IMG/VR virus record: IMGVR_UViG_3300037508_000909 | Coordinates: 1-61,633 of that record | DNA from: a virus | Taxonomy: Duplodnaviria > Caudoviricetes | Strand: one strand, 5' to 3' | Length of the DNA stretch: 61,633 bases | Shown: piece by piece, positions 30,122-41,224 of the stretch | How the letters are laid out: each line of letters starts with the position of its first letter | Numbering within the stretch: the first letter of the stretch is position 1 | Notes under the pieces: generated by a model | Seen by the model: the letters and a program-made list of their open reading frames with translations, nothing else | Told to the model about the DNA's origin: nothing | The model's database searches: none | Translations under genes and position numbers: made by a program

Positions 30122-33100
30122 ATGAATACAGGTTCCGATACGGGTGAAGATGTAGCGCAAGAGGAAAGCGATGCCATTTTAAAAAGAATTCGAGAAGAAG
30201 CGGACAAAATTACAGGTGCCACAAAAGATGAACCCGCCCCATTCGGTACGCCGGATACTTCGTATTCCGGCACTGGCGCGGATTTTGGAGCTACTGTTGC
30301 TCCGGCCCCTGCGCTCATGCCCGAAAAAAAATCGGAAGCCGAACAAGAGGTTGAGAGCACGCTGAACCGGATTCGTGAAGGCGCGAAAGAAATTGAAGCT
30401 AAGGAGCCGCAGCAAAAAGAAAAGGAAAGCAAGCCAAATTTAAGCTACATCGAACAAATCATCGGCACTGGCTATCAAAATTTAACGCCAGAGATGAAAC
30501 GCATCCTCAGCGAGGAGCGAGACCCTGAGAACCTTAAGGAACTCAGCGAGAAGATGCCCGCTTACGAAATGTCGGACGAGCAGTACAGCTTGCTTTTCGA
30601 GCGAGACAGAAGTAACAGCTGGAAAGATTTAAAAAAGGTTGCCCCTGAGTTTGTTAAAGCAATCCCCGAAGTCATCGCTCATTCCGCAAAAGAATTCGGG
30701 AAGTGGGGCGGAGGATTTTTGCGTGGAATGATGGGCATAGCAGGAGGCGTACAAGCCCAACAACTGCCAAGCGGAGCAGTTGTTTTCAGCCGAAGCGAAG
30801 ACACAAAAACCGCTCAAGCTGACAGAGAAGCTGGATTGAAAGCATTGGCCGCTCCGGCTCAAGCCATTGCCAATACAGCATATGGACTTGGAGCGACACT
30901 TGGTAAAAATTTAGCACTTGGCAACTATTATTTTGATTTGGTTGGGGAAACGATTGGTGTCAAGGACAAGTCCGAAAGCAAGGATAATTTTATAGCGAGA
31001 AAGAAGCTGCAATCGTCGCTTGCAAAAAGCGACATTGAGTCCCCGTCTGCAATCGAGAAGGCATTAAAAAGCGATTTTGCAAAAACAATAGCAGAGTCTG
31101 CACTTAAGCTCAACTTACCTTCAGCCAGCGAGTTGCTTGCATCGGACGTTACAAATCAGTTCAACGGAGATTTGCAAAAAGCGAGAGCTTACCGTGAAGC
31201 TGAAATTAAAAAAGCTGCAAGCGAAATCACAACGGATGTCAGCGACCAAGCGGCTGCTGCATATGACCCAGAAATGGCTGGTGCTGCTGGGTGGATTGTG
31301 CCGTATGGGAATGAATTTTCGGCAGTGATGGGTGGACTTGGCACTGTAAGCTCGTCTATCAAGGCATTTGCGAAAGCCAAGCAAGGTCGATTGACTGCCG
31401 ATGAAGCGAATGCGTTGGCGCGTGCAGAGCAAGCAAAGCTAAAGGTCGAAGCCCTTCAAAAACAGGCAGATGCATCAAAGGTTGGCCCAATAGGCAAAGC
31501 GTCAGAAAAGGTTGCAAATAAGATAGATGCAGCAGTCAAATACTTTGACGAAACATTGCAAAGGCTTCCGGAGAGCGTCCGGCCCTATATCGGCAAAGCT
31601 CTTGGCGCAGGAACCGTTGGAGGTCTAGCCGCATGGGCTGCGACAGACGAAGGCGTGGCTCCAAAACTGGCAGCTTCAATCGCACTACTTGCCGCGCCCA
31701 GAGTTATTTCGGATGCGTCGAAAGCCAGAGCTTTAGCTGGTGGAGGGATTCGTGGGACTTTTCAGGCAATGTCGAACCTTCCGGAAATGTCTGCCCAGAC
31801 AAAACTTATGATGGCTGGCATCAATCCGAAGCTGGCGGATTGGACGGTTCAGCGCGGAGCCGAGTTCGCCAAACGTGGGGTTCATGCCGCAACGCTCGCG
31901 ACTGCGCTCGGTCTCGCGAAAGACGAAACTCCAGCGCAGCTTGGGCGCGGAGTTGCTGAGGCGATTCTGATGGGCGAGGCTTACAATCTTGTGCATGGTG
32001 GTCTCAGCAAGGGGGCTAAAGCACTTACTGGTCAAGGCATTGCAACTCGCGATAGAACACTGGAGCAGTACAATCGCGAGCGGAACCAACAAATAAAAAC
32101 GCTCAATGCCATGAGCGAAGATTCGCGCAAGACTACGGAAAATTTAGTTTCATTTGACCGAGTTGTTGAGCAGGCGGAGGGATTTTTAAATGCCGAACAA
32201 GAGCGAGCCGCTACTCTTGAAGCTGCCCCAGAGCAAACAGAAGAAATCAAATCTGCACTAAAGGAATCACAGGCAAGACTTGCGATGCTCGCTGCGCGAC
32301 TCGAAGGGCTAAAGCGTGCCGACGCAGAAACGCGAATGGCTTATGAGCACGAAGTGCTCAACACAATTACGAACGCAGATGTTTTGATAAACGGAGCATT
32401 GACTCCGCAGAAAAACACAAAAATCGAAGTCCTGACGACGGAGCAAATAAAAAACAAACTGAAGGCTTTAAACCCAAGCCTTTCAGAAAGTGACATCGAC
32501 ACCATAGCCGAGCAACAGGGAGTGAGCTTTGGCTCCAGCGGATTGACTCAGGCTGCTGATGGCACTGCAATTGGAAAGCCTCAAGGGAACATCATATTTG
32601 ACTTGTTTAAAGGCTCGGTTGTGATTAACGCCGATGCCGTTGCTCGTCGCTTATCAAGTGGGGCGATGGCAGGGGAATCAATTTTAGATGCACTTGGGCA
32701 TGAAATTGGTCACGCGCTCGATAAAACTGCTGAATATCAAAATCTTACCGAGCAGATTCGCACTGAACTGTTTGGCAGGAAAATAACAGCACCTGACGGA
32801 AGGACAATTCACGCCGAAGAAGGACTTTACAAGCCGTCAGACTTGCTGGCGATGATGGCTCGTTATTTTGACCCGAAGGGCGAAAAAAGCGATGAGCAGA
32901 TAATCAACGAGCAGCGCAGCTTGGGGTTGCGCGACAAAAATGGCAATTTAAAGATTGAAGATGCCATTGAATATATGCAGTCCGAAATCATTGCTGATAT
33001 GGTCGGGCTGTCGTCAAACGACGTTGCGCTTCGTGAGGCTGGAGCAACAGAAATCGTTTTGGATTGGGTTAAAACGAAAACGAAAAACAAACTTGTCAAC

Positions 33101-36100
33101 AAGGTTTTAGACTCACTGAGCGGAGAATCACCGCAAGTTGTTGGCACTGGCATTGGCACTGGCGTTAAGTTTTTGCCTGAACAGCTAAAACGCAACAAGC
33201 TCGCTTTAAAGACTTTAGCAGATTTAGATGGATGGCTTACTCAGGTTCAAAACAAGCCGAAAAGGACGTTGACGAAATCTGAGGTGATGGCGAACAGGGC
33301 ACTGTTTAACCACTACTACAAAGACTCTGGAGCCGTTCGCACCACAATGGTAGCGGACATTGTCGATGGCAACGGGAATGTCGTTGAGCGCGTTCTGTTG
33401 CCGGATTCTGCGAAAACGAGCGAGTGGCAGATGAGCGTGGATGAAAATGGAAATACCGCTCCTGTAAAGGTTAGTGGATTCGGGGAGTTGCCTGTTGAGT
33501 TGTCCGGCAAGAGCATTCCCGATAACGGGAGAATGATTGTGCGCTCCGACGTGGTTGTTGACGCAAACGGCAAGCCAGTTGAGGTCAAGAACGTGCGAGA
33601 CATTTTGTTGCAACGCTCGCAGTTGATTCGGGCCGCGCTAGAAAATGCTCCTGACGCGCAATCCGCCGATGCGATGCGTGCGAGGTCAAAAGACGGGCTG
33701 ATGTTTCGTGGTCGGCTCACTCCGGCGCAGCGCAAAAACATCGAAAACCTTCCAGAACTCATCGTCCCATATTCCATTAAGCTCAAGCTATTTGCGCTTA
33801 ATGACGCAATGGCGAAAAATGACGGCACTCGGATGCTCGCTGAGTACGCCGCAAGGCTTTCCGACAGCGGCAGATACGTTGACTTCTCTCCCACCATCAT
33901 TGATTTCGTGCCGATTGGATTCCAGTTCTCGAAGGCTGGAAACTTCTTGGTCACAACTGTTTCAGTGAGCGGGCTGAACAGGAAGTTCGACCTGATGATG
34001 AAGCAGATGCCGTCGAGATTCTCCCTGTGGAACTACGACAAAGACTCGTTTATGGACGAGTTCACAAACAAGTATCTCGCGAATTTAGCTGCCGGAAGAA
34101 ACGGGGAAATAGGACTAAGTGAAGACCCGCAAACGGCTCTGAATAAAAAGAACATCTTCAACGACTTAGTAAACGCTTTTGACGCGAACACGGAAGATGC
34201 AAATCCAGATAGAACTGAGTTGCAGCCGACTGGCTTGACGAAAGAGGAAAAGAAGGAGTGGAAGCAAAGCGACCCGAACACGGTCATTCGCTCGCGGCGT
34301 TTGGATTCATTGACGGACGTTATCGAATCGAATCAAACCAAGATGCCGTTCGATTACGGCAAGTTGAAAATCAATTTTCTGCCGGAGCAACAAAACGTCG
34401 GAGAGCGACCAGAGGTTTTGCGCGTCGAGGACGAGCGCATCACGGATGCGACTTATATCCGACCGGATGGTTCGATTTCGTTGGGCGCAACGCACTTGGA
34501 GGCGAACCCAGACGCTTCAAAAGACCCAGAGGAGCGCAACAGCGACCGCTACGGGTTTATGACGAGCACGGGCCGCGTGATTGGCCGAGCCGAGGCTTAC
34601 GACATCGCAGCCGAGAACGGGCAACTCATTGCGGAATCGCCGACGCTCGAATTACGTTCAGATAACGTAGACCTCGCTTCCGAACGCAATGGGCCTGATG
34701 TCAACTTTTTGCCGAGTGGCGAGTCGGAGCTTCCCAGCGCAGAGGAACGAGCAAGCGTGCGTCGCGCTGCGCCAAAATATTCGTTGGAGACGAAGCGTCA
34801 AAACCTACTTGGTGAAGGGGAATCGAACGAAGTCATAATCCGCGACGAGTTTGGAGATGACGTTGGACGAGCCGTTTACCGCATCAACTCGAAAAATCCG
34901 AATCGGGCCGAAGTCATCAGTACGGTTGTATATCCGCATCAGCGAAATAAGGGCTTTGGTTCGTTGCTGTACGCCGAGTTGGCGTCGGCAGCAGCAGCGG
35001 ATGGCGCAACAACTCTATACAGTGACGCAGTCAGCCCAATGGCTCTGCGTCGCAGGAAATCGCTCTTCAAGACGGACGTTCTCGGAGAGATGTCTGTTGG
35101 CGGGAGAAAAGCATTTGAGGCTGAGAGCTTTATAGGCAAGCCTCCAGAAAATCTCGACCGGATTGTCGCGAGCAATGGAGTTGCGACGAGCGCAGGGATT
35201 CAGTATCTGCCTGACATCATTGGCAAGCACTGGTCTGCCAATGATTTTGAAGAACCTGATGTTCGTAAGTATGGCGGGACATCGTTCGGATTAGTTTGGG
35301 GCTGGGGATTTTATTCCTCAACAATGGAGAATATTCCAGAGTCGTATCAGCTGACCCAATCGCAGAAAATTAATGCAATTCAAGACCCAAAAACCGAGCT
35401 ATATTCAATTGTAAAAATACAAAGAGGCGGAGCGGAAACCATATTGGCAAAGGGCTTAAACAAAGAGGATGCCGAAGAGATTACGCAAAACCTCAAGGAG
35501 AAAAGTGGATACTTTTACAAGTTTAAGGTAAAAAACGAGGAATTGTACATGGATGCCAATAAGGGCGTGTATGAGCAAACACCAGAAATTCAAGGCGCAC
35601 TAGAAAAAATTATTAATTTATTGGCTAAAAATGATGAGCTTATAGACGGAATGGGAAGGCCGATATCTGCCAAGCAGTTTAAAGATAACGCAATTGAAAA
35701 CACAAGGCTTATTTATACTGTTTTAGCCGCAAATGAATATACCACCAAAGACATCGTAAGGCGTGAATTTAGCAATATTGCAAACGGGCGAGCTTCAAAA
35801 TTATTTAAACTTTCTCAAATTGAAAAAGCGTCGAGACTTATTGTTGAACAAGAGCAAATGAGCAGCCATGAATACGCTTCGCGACTGCTTAATACTCTTG
35901 GAATTGAAGGTATAAAATACAACACCCCGCCTAGAGGTCTTTTAAATATATATCAAAGGAAAAAAGAGCTTCCAGTAGAACAGCCAACTCGCGGATTCAA
36001 TTATGTAACCTTTGCGCCAGAGACACTTACGCTCGAAGGCAAAGAGCAGTCATTTAACATTCGCGAAGCCCTTGGCGAAAAGGGATATCAGGCCGGACTG

Positions 36101-39100
36101 AACTTTTTGCCATCGACGGAAAACACTGAAGAGAGGCGTTTTGAAAAAACGCAGGACGCTTTGGCTGGCGTGCCGCGCAGGGCTAGGCCGGAGCAGATTC
36201 TCAAAGCGTTGACAGCGAGCGGTATATCCGAACAGGAGATAAAGCTGCGCGGCATCAACAGTGCGATGGAAGGCGCAATGGACGCAAATGGGTATGTGTC
36301 TCGCGACGAGCTTTTGAATGCGATGCAGGTTGAGCGTCAGAGGGAATTGGATAATGCCTATGCTGTAAAGGTTTACGAATCTTCAGACGCTCCGGCATTT
36401 CAGGCCAGCGTGCAGGATTCAAATGGGGAGCAGGTAATCGTCCGGATTGAGGACAGTAACAATGCGTCTGTCATCAAATCGGTTGAGCCGGATTCGCTCG
36501 AAACCACTGCGAGCGTGAATATTACACGCACAAAAGATGGCAAGTTCATCGTGCTTGATGAGAGCAACAAGCCGTTGCTTTTGAAGCGCAACGATTTGCG
36601 GTTCGACGGCCAACAGAATGCCTTTGAATTCGCGTCGGAAGAAGAAGCGCGTCGTGCAGTCGCAACGCTGGAGAACGCACGGGCTGACGCGCCCGTGGAG
36701 CCGTCTGAACGTGCTGTTGGAGTCCCAGAATTCAAGGTGGCAGTCAACGCTGCAATCCGCGATGGCAACAAGGCAGTCGAGTGGTCGTCCACTCAGTCTC
36801 CGGACGCGATTGACGCTTACGTCGGGCAGTGGGGCGGGAAAGCGGAGCGCACTGCCGAGGGATGGCGCGTCGAGTTGCCGGAGGGATTGCTTCGCGACGC
36901 AGAGCAGTTTGGCACGGTGCAGTTTTTGCCTGAGCGGTCTGTTGCTGTCGTTCCAGAGCGATTCTTCGGCTCGGAAACAGACAACAGGCTGGACGTAACG
37001 ACTGGCCGGATTCGCAGGTACGCTGGCAGTCCAAACTGGGTTCAAAAATTCAACGTCACCGAGTACGTCGCCGGAGGCAAATTCTTCGATAGCGTTACAG
37101 GAGAAGACCTTACAAATCGACCTGTTGCATCGACTGGGATTTCAGTCAGTGGTGGCAAGCCAAAAATGACAGCGATTGACGACGCTCCCCCAGCCACTGC
37201 AAACCTCGGCAACGTGCGTCGCAGCAACCTGTTCAAGCAAAGTGCTGGCTGGCAATGGGTTTCAGAAAATCCTCCGAAAACTGAAACGCTTATCTCTCTG
37301 GAAGGTAGCGGGTTATTTAAAGACAGGTCTGACAAACACGCCTACGCGCTCGATTTGACTTTTGAAAATGGAGCCGTGTTGCAGTCGTACCCAGCGAAGC
37401 CGAACGAGCCTCGACTGCGTCCAACTGGCAACGGGGATGTTGTTTTTGGGCCGGAAGTGGGTCGCATCAAAACGAGCGGAGGCAAAGAGCATCCGGTGTA
37501 CGGATGGGCGCGAGTTGTTGCTCCAGAACGCACTGGAGTGCAGTTCCTCCCCGAAGATGCAAGGCGCAGGGACGAGGAGTACCGCAAAGCCGTTGACGCA
37601 AATGACACTGAAACGGCTGGACAATTGGTAGAGGAGGCCGCGAAGGCTGCTGGGTACACAATCAAAGCGTATCACGGGACGCGCAACAAAGATTTCACTA
37701 TCTTCAAAACAGGTGATTTAGGGCATCATTTCGGGCTTTCGCTTGACCAAGTTTTTGGGCCTTACGGTAGGTTTAGCGACACGCAACGCAATCAAGTTAG
37801 GTTGGTTGAGGCTTATCTAAATATTCAAAACCCGCTTGAACTTACAGATAGGGGTTACTGGAGTGGGCCGTTGACCGTTCGAGAAGTAAACGAAAAAACA
37901 GGCTCAAATCTTTCTGAAGAAGGTTCAACTGCAGGGGATATTCAGGCAGCTATTAAGCGTGCTGGTTATGATGGCGTAGTTTACGAAAACCTCCACGAAG
38001 GCGAAGAGGGAGGCACGGCGATGATTGCCTTCAATCCCAACCAGATTAAATCCGCCGAGCCCGTAACTCGCGATGCTGACGGCAACGTCATCCCCTTGTC
38101 GCAGCGGTTTAATCCTGAGCAAGCAGGGATTCAGTTCCTTCCAAGCGTAACAACCGACGTAAGCGACTCGGAAACAAAGCAATACAAGATTATTCTTGGA
38201 ACAAAAGCTGGCGAGTATGGGTTCAGCCTCTCGCGATTGTCGAACCTGTATAAAAACAACGAGGCGTTTGCTTTTAACCAACAAGCAATCACTTTAGGAA
38301 AAGAAGCAGAAAAGGCTCGTAAGGAACTGGTTACAGCGCAAAATAAACTGCAAAAAGCGAACACATCAAGCGATTCCACAACGATTGAAAAGCTATCCGG
38401 CGAGGTTGATTCGCTTCAAAAGGAATTCGATACCGCGAATCAAAACCTACAAAAAGCCATAAGCGAACGCTCTACTACTCTCTTGCAAAATATTGCGAAT
38501 GAGAAAGATGCGGATAAGCTCGCTACGTTGGAAAATGAATATCAAGACCTTCAGGGCTTTGTTCAAACGGCTGAAATGCCGATATTTAGCTCAACAAAAA
38601 ATGTTGTTGGCAAAAAATTGGTTGAAAAGGCTGAGTCAAAGTTTGAGTCCGACTTCCAACGAATCACAATCGCTCCACCGTTTACTCTGCCTTCAAAAAG
38701 TGGACTCGTTGACCAAGATGCCATCGCGGATGGCGTTCAGAGAAAAATCTTTAACTCTGGCAGCTTTAGGAACTTGCTGATTGATTTCTTTGGAGAAGAT
38801 ATTGGCGGAAGGCTGCAAATTGTTAATAACGGGCACGGAACATGGCTTGGTGGTCGCGAGCGAAATGTAGAGCTAGTCTTGCCGAAAGATGTTGTACGCA
38901 CTCCGGAACTAGACGCTAAACTCAAATTATTTGTCTCTGCAATGGGATTCGGAATGGCTCAAGATGCTGCAATCCTTTACAGACCAAGACTTGGCAACGA
39001 AGAGAAAACGGACAATGAAAGTACTCAGTATTATGTTTATTCCAAAACGCCGATGACCAAGGCGAAGGCGAATAAAATAATGCAAAAGGCCGAGGGCTTA

Positions 39101-41224
39101 AAAATTGAATCGCCAGACGGAAGCGTCGAATACGTTGACTGGACGCTATTATCGACAGGGAATGGTTTCAGGCTCATGTATTGGGGGGAAAACCAAGAGG
39201 GATTTGAGGCTAAACTTGAGGAACTAAGAAAATTAATTGGCCCAGACGCAGTAATTGAAGAAAGTCCAGTAGAATCAGAACTTTATGACACCCAAACAGA
39301 ATTCGCACAATCCGGAGAAAAAACCGTCGAGAAAAGTTTATCCGCGCCTGTCGGAGGACAGTCCCTTTTTGCGAGAATTATCGATTCGGTTTTCAAGCCC
39401 TATGCAAAAATCGTTACAGCAGCAGGATACGAATTCCAATACGGGGACTGGCAAAAACGATTTGGACTCTCTGACCAAACAGTAGCTGCAATTCGCGATG
39501 AATTGTATCCAAAAAATGGGAACCAAATATCTGTAAGGAAGCTATTTAAAAACCCCGAACAGCTTGGGGTTGCTCCCGAAATCACCAAAGATGGGAAGGA
39601 GATTGCCTTAGACGAAAACGGCAACCCGAAATACAAGCTGACCGTCAACGAAATGATTCAGAAGCTGCAAGGACGCACGCAACAAGCGGGTGTCATTGCA
39701 GAGGATGACTTTTCTGAAAGGGCAAAAAAGATTCTTTCGCAAGCCATTGCAGATGAAGTGGATGGTCAAGTCGAGCGTGCAACGCTTGGACAAGGTGCTG
39801 CGATTAAAGCTGTTGGGTGGTACAACGAAGTGATTCGGCGGATGAGGCAGATTTACGCCTATCCTGAAATCGAAGAGCTTGGGGAGATGGACAAGTTCCG
39901 ATTCCTTGACCCAAATGCAGCCGAATACGACCCGATAAAATCGTTGGTATTTGATATCGTTCTGGGCGCGACATCGCAGGGCAACAACGTGTTTGAAAAC
40001 GCAAAGATGGCAGTCCGCATCATGCTCATGTACATGAACGGAAGCACTTTGAGAGAAGCTACAAAAAAACTCAGCGGCAGCTTTGGCGACAAAACCGTTG
40101 CGATTGAGGACAATATAAATAAAGCGGAGTTTTTATTGAATAGTATTGGCCCAGAGCAACTTGGGAAGCTGTTCAACGAAGTCAAGACCATCAGCGAGTG
40201 GGAAGATTTGTTAAAAAATGACTTGAGGTTGCAATGGAAGGGCAAGCCACTTGAATTTGCAGGACTTGCAAAAGGTCAAAAAGCTACTGGCTTTTTTGTG
40301 TTCGGCCCGAAGATTGGGAGCTTCATAAACAATCTGCACGGCAACTATGACACTTTGACGGCAGACCTCTGGTTCTCGAGGACGTGGAATCGACTTCTTG
40401 GGAAGTCATTTAAGTACGACCCGCTACTGGCGGAGCGACAGTTCAGAGTGTTTAGCGACACTCTGGAAGAGCTTTGGAACAGTGGTCAGTTCACCGCTGC
40501 CCGTGAACAGTTGAAGCTCGACATTCAGGAAGCGGAAAAAAATCTGAGGGAAGCAGAGGAGTCCGGCAGTGACAAAAGAGCCTTGAAAAAGGCAGCAAAT
40601 CAACTGTCAACACTAAAGGCTCGGTTTGAGGCAATGCCAAGTCTCGAAACTCAAGCAGATTATGATGCATTAACAAGCGACCTAGGCTCAATGATAGCCG
40701 CTGCTGCAAAACTCTTCAAAAACTACAAAGAAGGTGGTTTTAAAGTAAAAAGCAATTTGAATTACGCGGCAAAGAACTTGTCTGAAAACCTCACAACTCC
40801 AATCGCAGCACCCATTTCCGCAAATCAGCGAATTTTCCAGACAGAAGTTGTTCGCGAAGCGCAAAGGTTGTTGAGAAAGAAGGGTTTAGATTTGACGATT
40901 GCAGACATACAGGCTTCCTTGTGGTTCAACGAGAAGGAGTTGTATGCAATTTACGGGGCAGCGCGTGGTGGTGCGAAGCAAGCTGACTACTCGCACGGGG
41001 CAACCGGAGCGTTGTTCGCAATGGCAGCGGGTTCGCTTTACGAAGTGAATCGCAAAAATGACAGTGGGAAGCCGCAACCATTCCGACTCTTGAGCGAAGC
41101 CGAGGAAAAGAAGTTGACTGGAGTCGAAGCCCCGAATCGAAATCTGAAAATGACGGTTGAGGAACTTCGAGAAAAACTTGGCCTTGGGAAAGAAGAGGAG
41201 GCGGACGAGGAAGATGAAGAGTAG
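30122..41224 (+). CDS. Giant polyvalent/ejection protein (zincin-like HExxH, GNAT, two ART-like modules, C-terminal HhH-like domain)
   Basis: 3700 aa; HEIGH near 32700; VYPHQRNKGFGSLLY (GNAT motif A); AYHGT...GYDGVVY...QIKS; KHWS...GWGFYSS...GIEGIKY. Confidence 0.8.
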   Translation: MNTGSDTGEDVAQEESDAILKRIREEADKITGATKDEPAPFGTPDTSYSGTGADFGATVAPAPALMPEKKSEAEQEVESTLNRIREGAKEIEAKEPQQKEKESKPNLSYIEQIIGTGYQNLTPEMKRILSEERDPENLKELSEKMPAYEMSDEQYSLLFERDRSNSWKDLKKVAPEFVKAIPEVIAHSAKEFGKWGGGFLRGMMGIAGGVQAQQLPSGAVVFSRSEDTKTAQADREAGLKALAAPAQAIANTAYGLGATLGKNLALGNYYFDLVGETIGVKDKSESKDNFIARKKLQSSLAKSDIESPSAIEKALKSDFAKTIAESALKLNLPSASELLASDVTNQFNGDLQKARAYREAEIKKAASEITTDVSDQAAAAYDPEMAGAAGWIVPYGNEFSAVMGGLGTVSSSIKAFAKAKQGRLTADEANALARAEQAKLKVEALQKQADASKVGPIGKASEKVANKIDAAVKYFDETLQRLPESVRPYIGKALGAGTVGGLAAWAATDEGVAPKLAASIALLAAPRVISDASKARALAGGGIRGTFQAMSNLPEMSAQTKLMMAGINPKLADWTVQRGAEFAKRGVHAATLATALGLAKDETPAQLGRGVAEAILMGEAYNLVHGGLSKGAKALTGQGIATRDRTLEQYNRERNQQIKTLNAMSEDSRKTTENLVSFDRVVEQAEGFLNAEQERAATLEAAPEQTEEIKSALKESQARLAMLAARLEGLKRADAETRMAYEHEVLNTITNADVLINGALTPQKNTKIEVLTTEQIKNKLKALNPSLSESDIDTIAEQQGVSFGSSGLTQAADGTAIGKPQGNIIFDLFKGSVVINADAVARRLSSGAMAGESILDALGHEIGHALDKTAEYQNLTEQIRTELFGRKITAPDGRTIHAEEGLYKPSDLLAMMARYFDPKGEKSDEQIINEQRSLGLRDKNGNLKIEDAIEYMQSEIIADMVGLSSNDVALREAGATEIVLDWVKTKTKNKLVNKVLDSLSGESPQVVGTGIGTGVKFLPEQLKRNKLALKTLADLDGWLTQVQNKPKRTLTKSEVMANRALFNHYYKDSGAVRTTMVADIVDGNGNVVERVLLPDSAKTSEWQMSVDENGNTAPVKVSGFGELPVELSGKSIPDNGRMIVRSDVVVDANGKPVEVKNVRDILLQRSQLIRAALENAPDAQSADAMRARSKDGLMFRGRLTPAQRKNIENLPELIVPYSIKLKLFALNDAMAKNDGTRMLAEYAARLSDSGRYVDFSPTIIDFVPIGFQFSKAGNFLVTTVSVSGLNRKFDLMMKQMPSRFSLWNYDKDSFMDEFTNKYLANLAAGRNGEIGLSEDPQTALNKKNIFNDLVNAFDANTEDANPDRTELQPTGLTKEEKKEWKQSDPNTVIRSRRLDSLTDVIESNQTKMPFDYGKLKINFLPEQQNVGERPEVLRVEDERITDATYIRPDGSISLGATHLEANPDASKDPEERNSDRYGFMTSTGRVIGRAEAYDIAAENGQLIAESPTLELRSDNVDLASERNGPDVNFLPSGESELPSAEERASVRRAAPKYSLETKRQNLLGEGESNEVIIRDEFGDDVGRAVYRINSKNPNRAEVISTVVYPHQRNKGFGSLLYAELASAAAADGATTLYSDAVSPMALRRRKSLFKTDVLGEMSVGGRKAFEAESFIGKPPENLDRIVASNGVATSAGIQYLPDIIGKHWSANDFEEPDVRKYGGTSFGLVWGWGFYSSTMENIPESYQLTQSQKINAIQDPKTELYSIVKIQRGGAETILAKGLNKEDAEEITQNLKEKSGYFYKFKVKNEELYMDANKGVYEQTPEIQGALEKIINLLAKNDELIDGMGRPISAKQFKDNAIENTRLIYTVLAANEYTTKDIVRREFSNIANGRASKLFKLSQIEKASRLIVEQEQMSSHEYASRLLNTLGIEGIKYNTPPRGLLNIYQRKKELPVEQPTRGFNYVTFAPETLTLEGKEQSFNIREALGEKGYQAGLNFLPSTENTEERRFEKTQDALAGVPRRARPEQILKALTASGISEQEIKLRGINSAMEGAMDANGYVSRDELLNAMQVERQRELDNAYAVKVYESSDAPAFQASVQDSNGEQVIVRIEDSNNASVIKSVEPDSLETTASVNITRTKDGKFIVLDESNKPLLLKRNDLRFDGQQNAFEFASEEEARRAVATLENARADAPVEPSERAVGVPEFKVAVNAAIRDGNKAVEWSSTQSPDAIDAYVGQWGGKAERTAEGWRVELPEGLLRDAEQFGTVQFLPERSVAVVPERFFGSETDNRLDVTTGRIRRYAGSPNWVQKFNVTEYVAGGKFFDSVTGEDLTNRPVASTGISVSGGKPKMTAIDDAPPATANLGNVRRSNLFKQSAGWQWVSENPPKTETLISLEGSGLFKDRSDKHAYALDLTFENGAVLQSYPAKPNEPRLRPTGNGDVVFGPEVGRIKTSGGKEHPVYGWARVVAPERTGVQFLPEDARRRDEEYRKAVDANDTETAGQLVEEAAKAAGYTIKAYHGTRNKDFTIFKTGDLGHHFGLSLDQVFGPYGRFSDTQRNQVRLVEAYLNIQNPLELTDRGYWSGPLTVREVNEKTGSNLSEEGSTAGDIQAAIKRAGYDGVVYENLHEGEEGGTAMIAFNPNQIKSAEPVTRDADGNVIPLSQRFNPEQAGIQFLPSVTTDVSDSETKQYKIILGTKAGEYGFSLSRLSNLYKNNEAFAFNQQAITLGKEAEKARKELVTAQNKLQKANTSSDSTTIEKLSGEVDSLQKEFDTANQNLQKAISERSTTLLQNIANEKDADKLATLENEYQDLQGFVQTAEMPIFSSTKNVVGKKLVEKAESKFESDFQRITIAPPFTLPSKSGLVDQDAIADGVQRKIFNSGSFRNLLIDFFGEDIGGRLQIVNNGHGTWLGGRERNVELVLPKDVVRTPELDAKLKLFVSAMGFGMAQDAAILYRPRLGNEEKTDNESTQYYVYSKTPMTKAKANKIMQKAEGLKIESPDGSVEYVDWTLLSTGNGFRLMYWGENQEGFEAKLEELRKLIGPDAVIEESPVESELYDTQTEFAQSGEKTVEKSLSAPVGGQSLFARIIDSVFKPYAKIVTAAGYEFQYGDWQKRFGLSDQTVAAIRDELYPKNGNQISVRKLFKNPEQLGVAPEITKDGKEIALDENGNPKYKLTVNEMIQKLQGRTQQAGVIAEDDFSERAKKILSQAIADEVDGQVERATLGQGAAIKAVGWYNEVIRRMRQIYAYPEIEELGEMDKFRFLDPNAAEYDPIKSLVFDIVLGATSQGNNVFENAKMAVRIMLMYMNGSTLREATKKLSGSFGDKTVAIEDNINKAEFLLNSIGPEQLGKLFNEVKTISEWEDLLKNDLRLQWKGKPLEFAGLAKGQKATGFFVFGPKIGSFINNLHGNYDTLTADLWFSRTWNRLLGKSFKYDPLLAERQFRVFSDTLEELWNSGQFTAAREQLKLDIQEAEKNLREAEESGSDKRALKKAANQLSTLKARFEAMPSLETQADYDALTSDLGSMIAAAAKLFKNYKEGGFKVKSNLNYAAKNLSENLTTPIAAPISANQRIFQTEVVREAQRLLRKKGLDLTIADIQASLWFNEKELYAIYGAARGGAKQADYSHGATGALFAMAAGSLYEVNRKNDSGKPQPFRLLSEAEEKKLTGVEAPNRNLKMTVEELREKLGLGKEEEADEEDEE

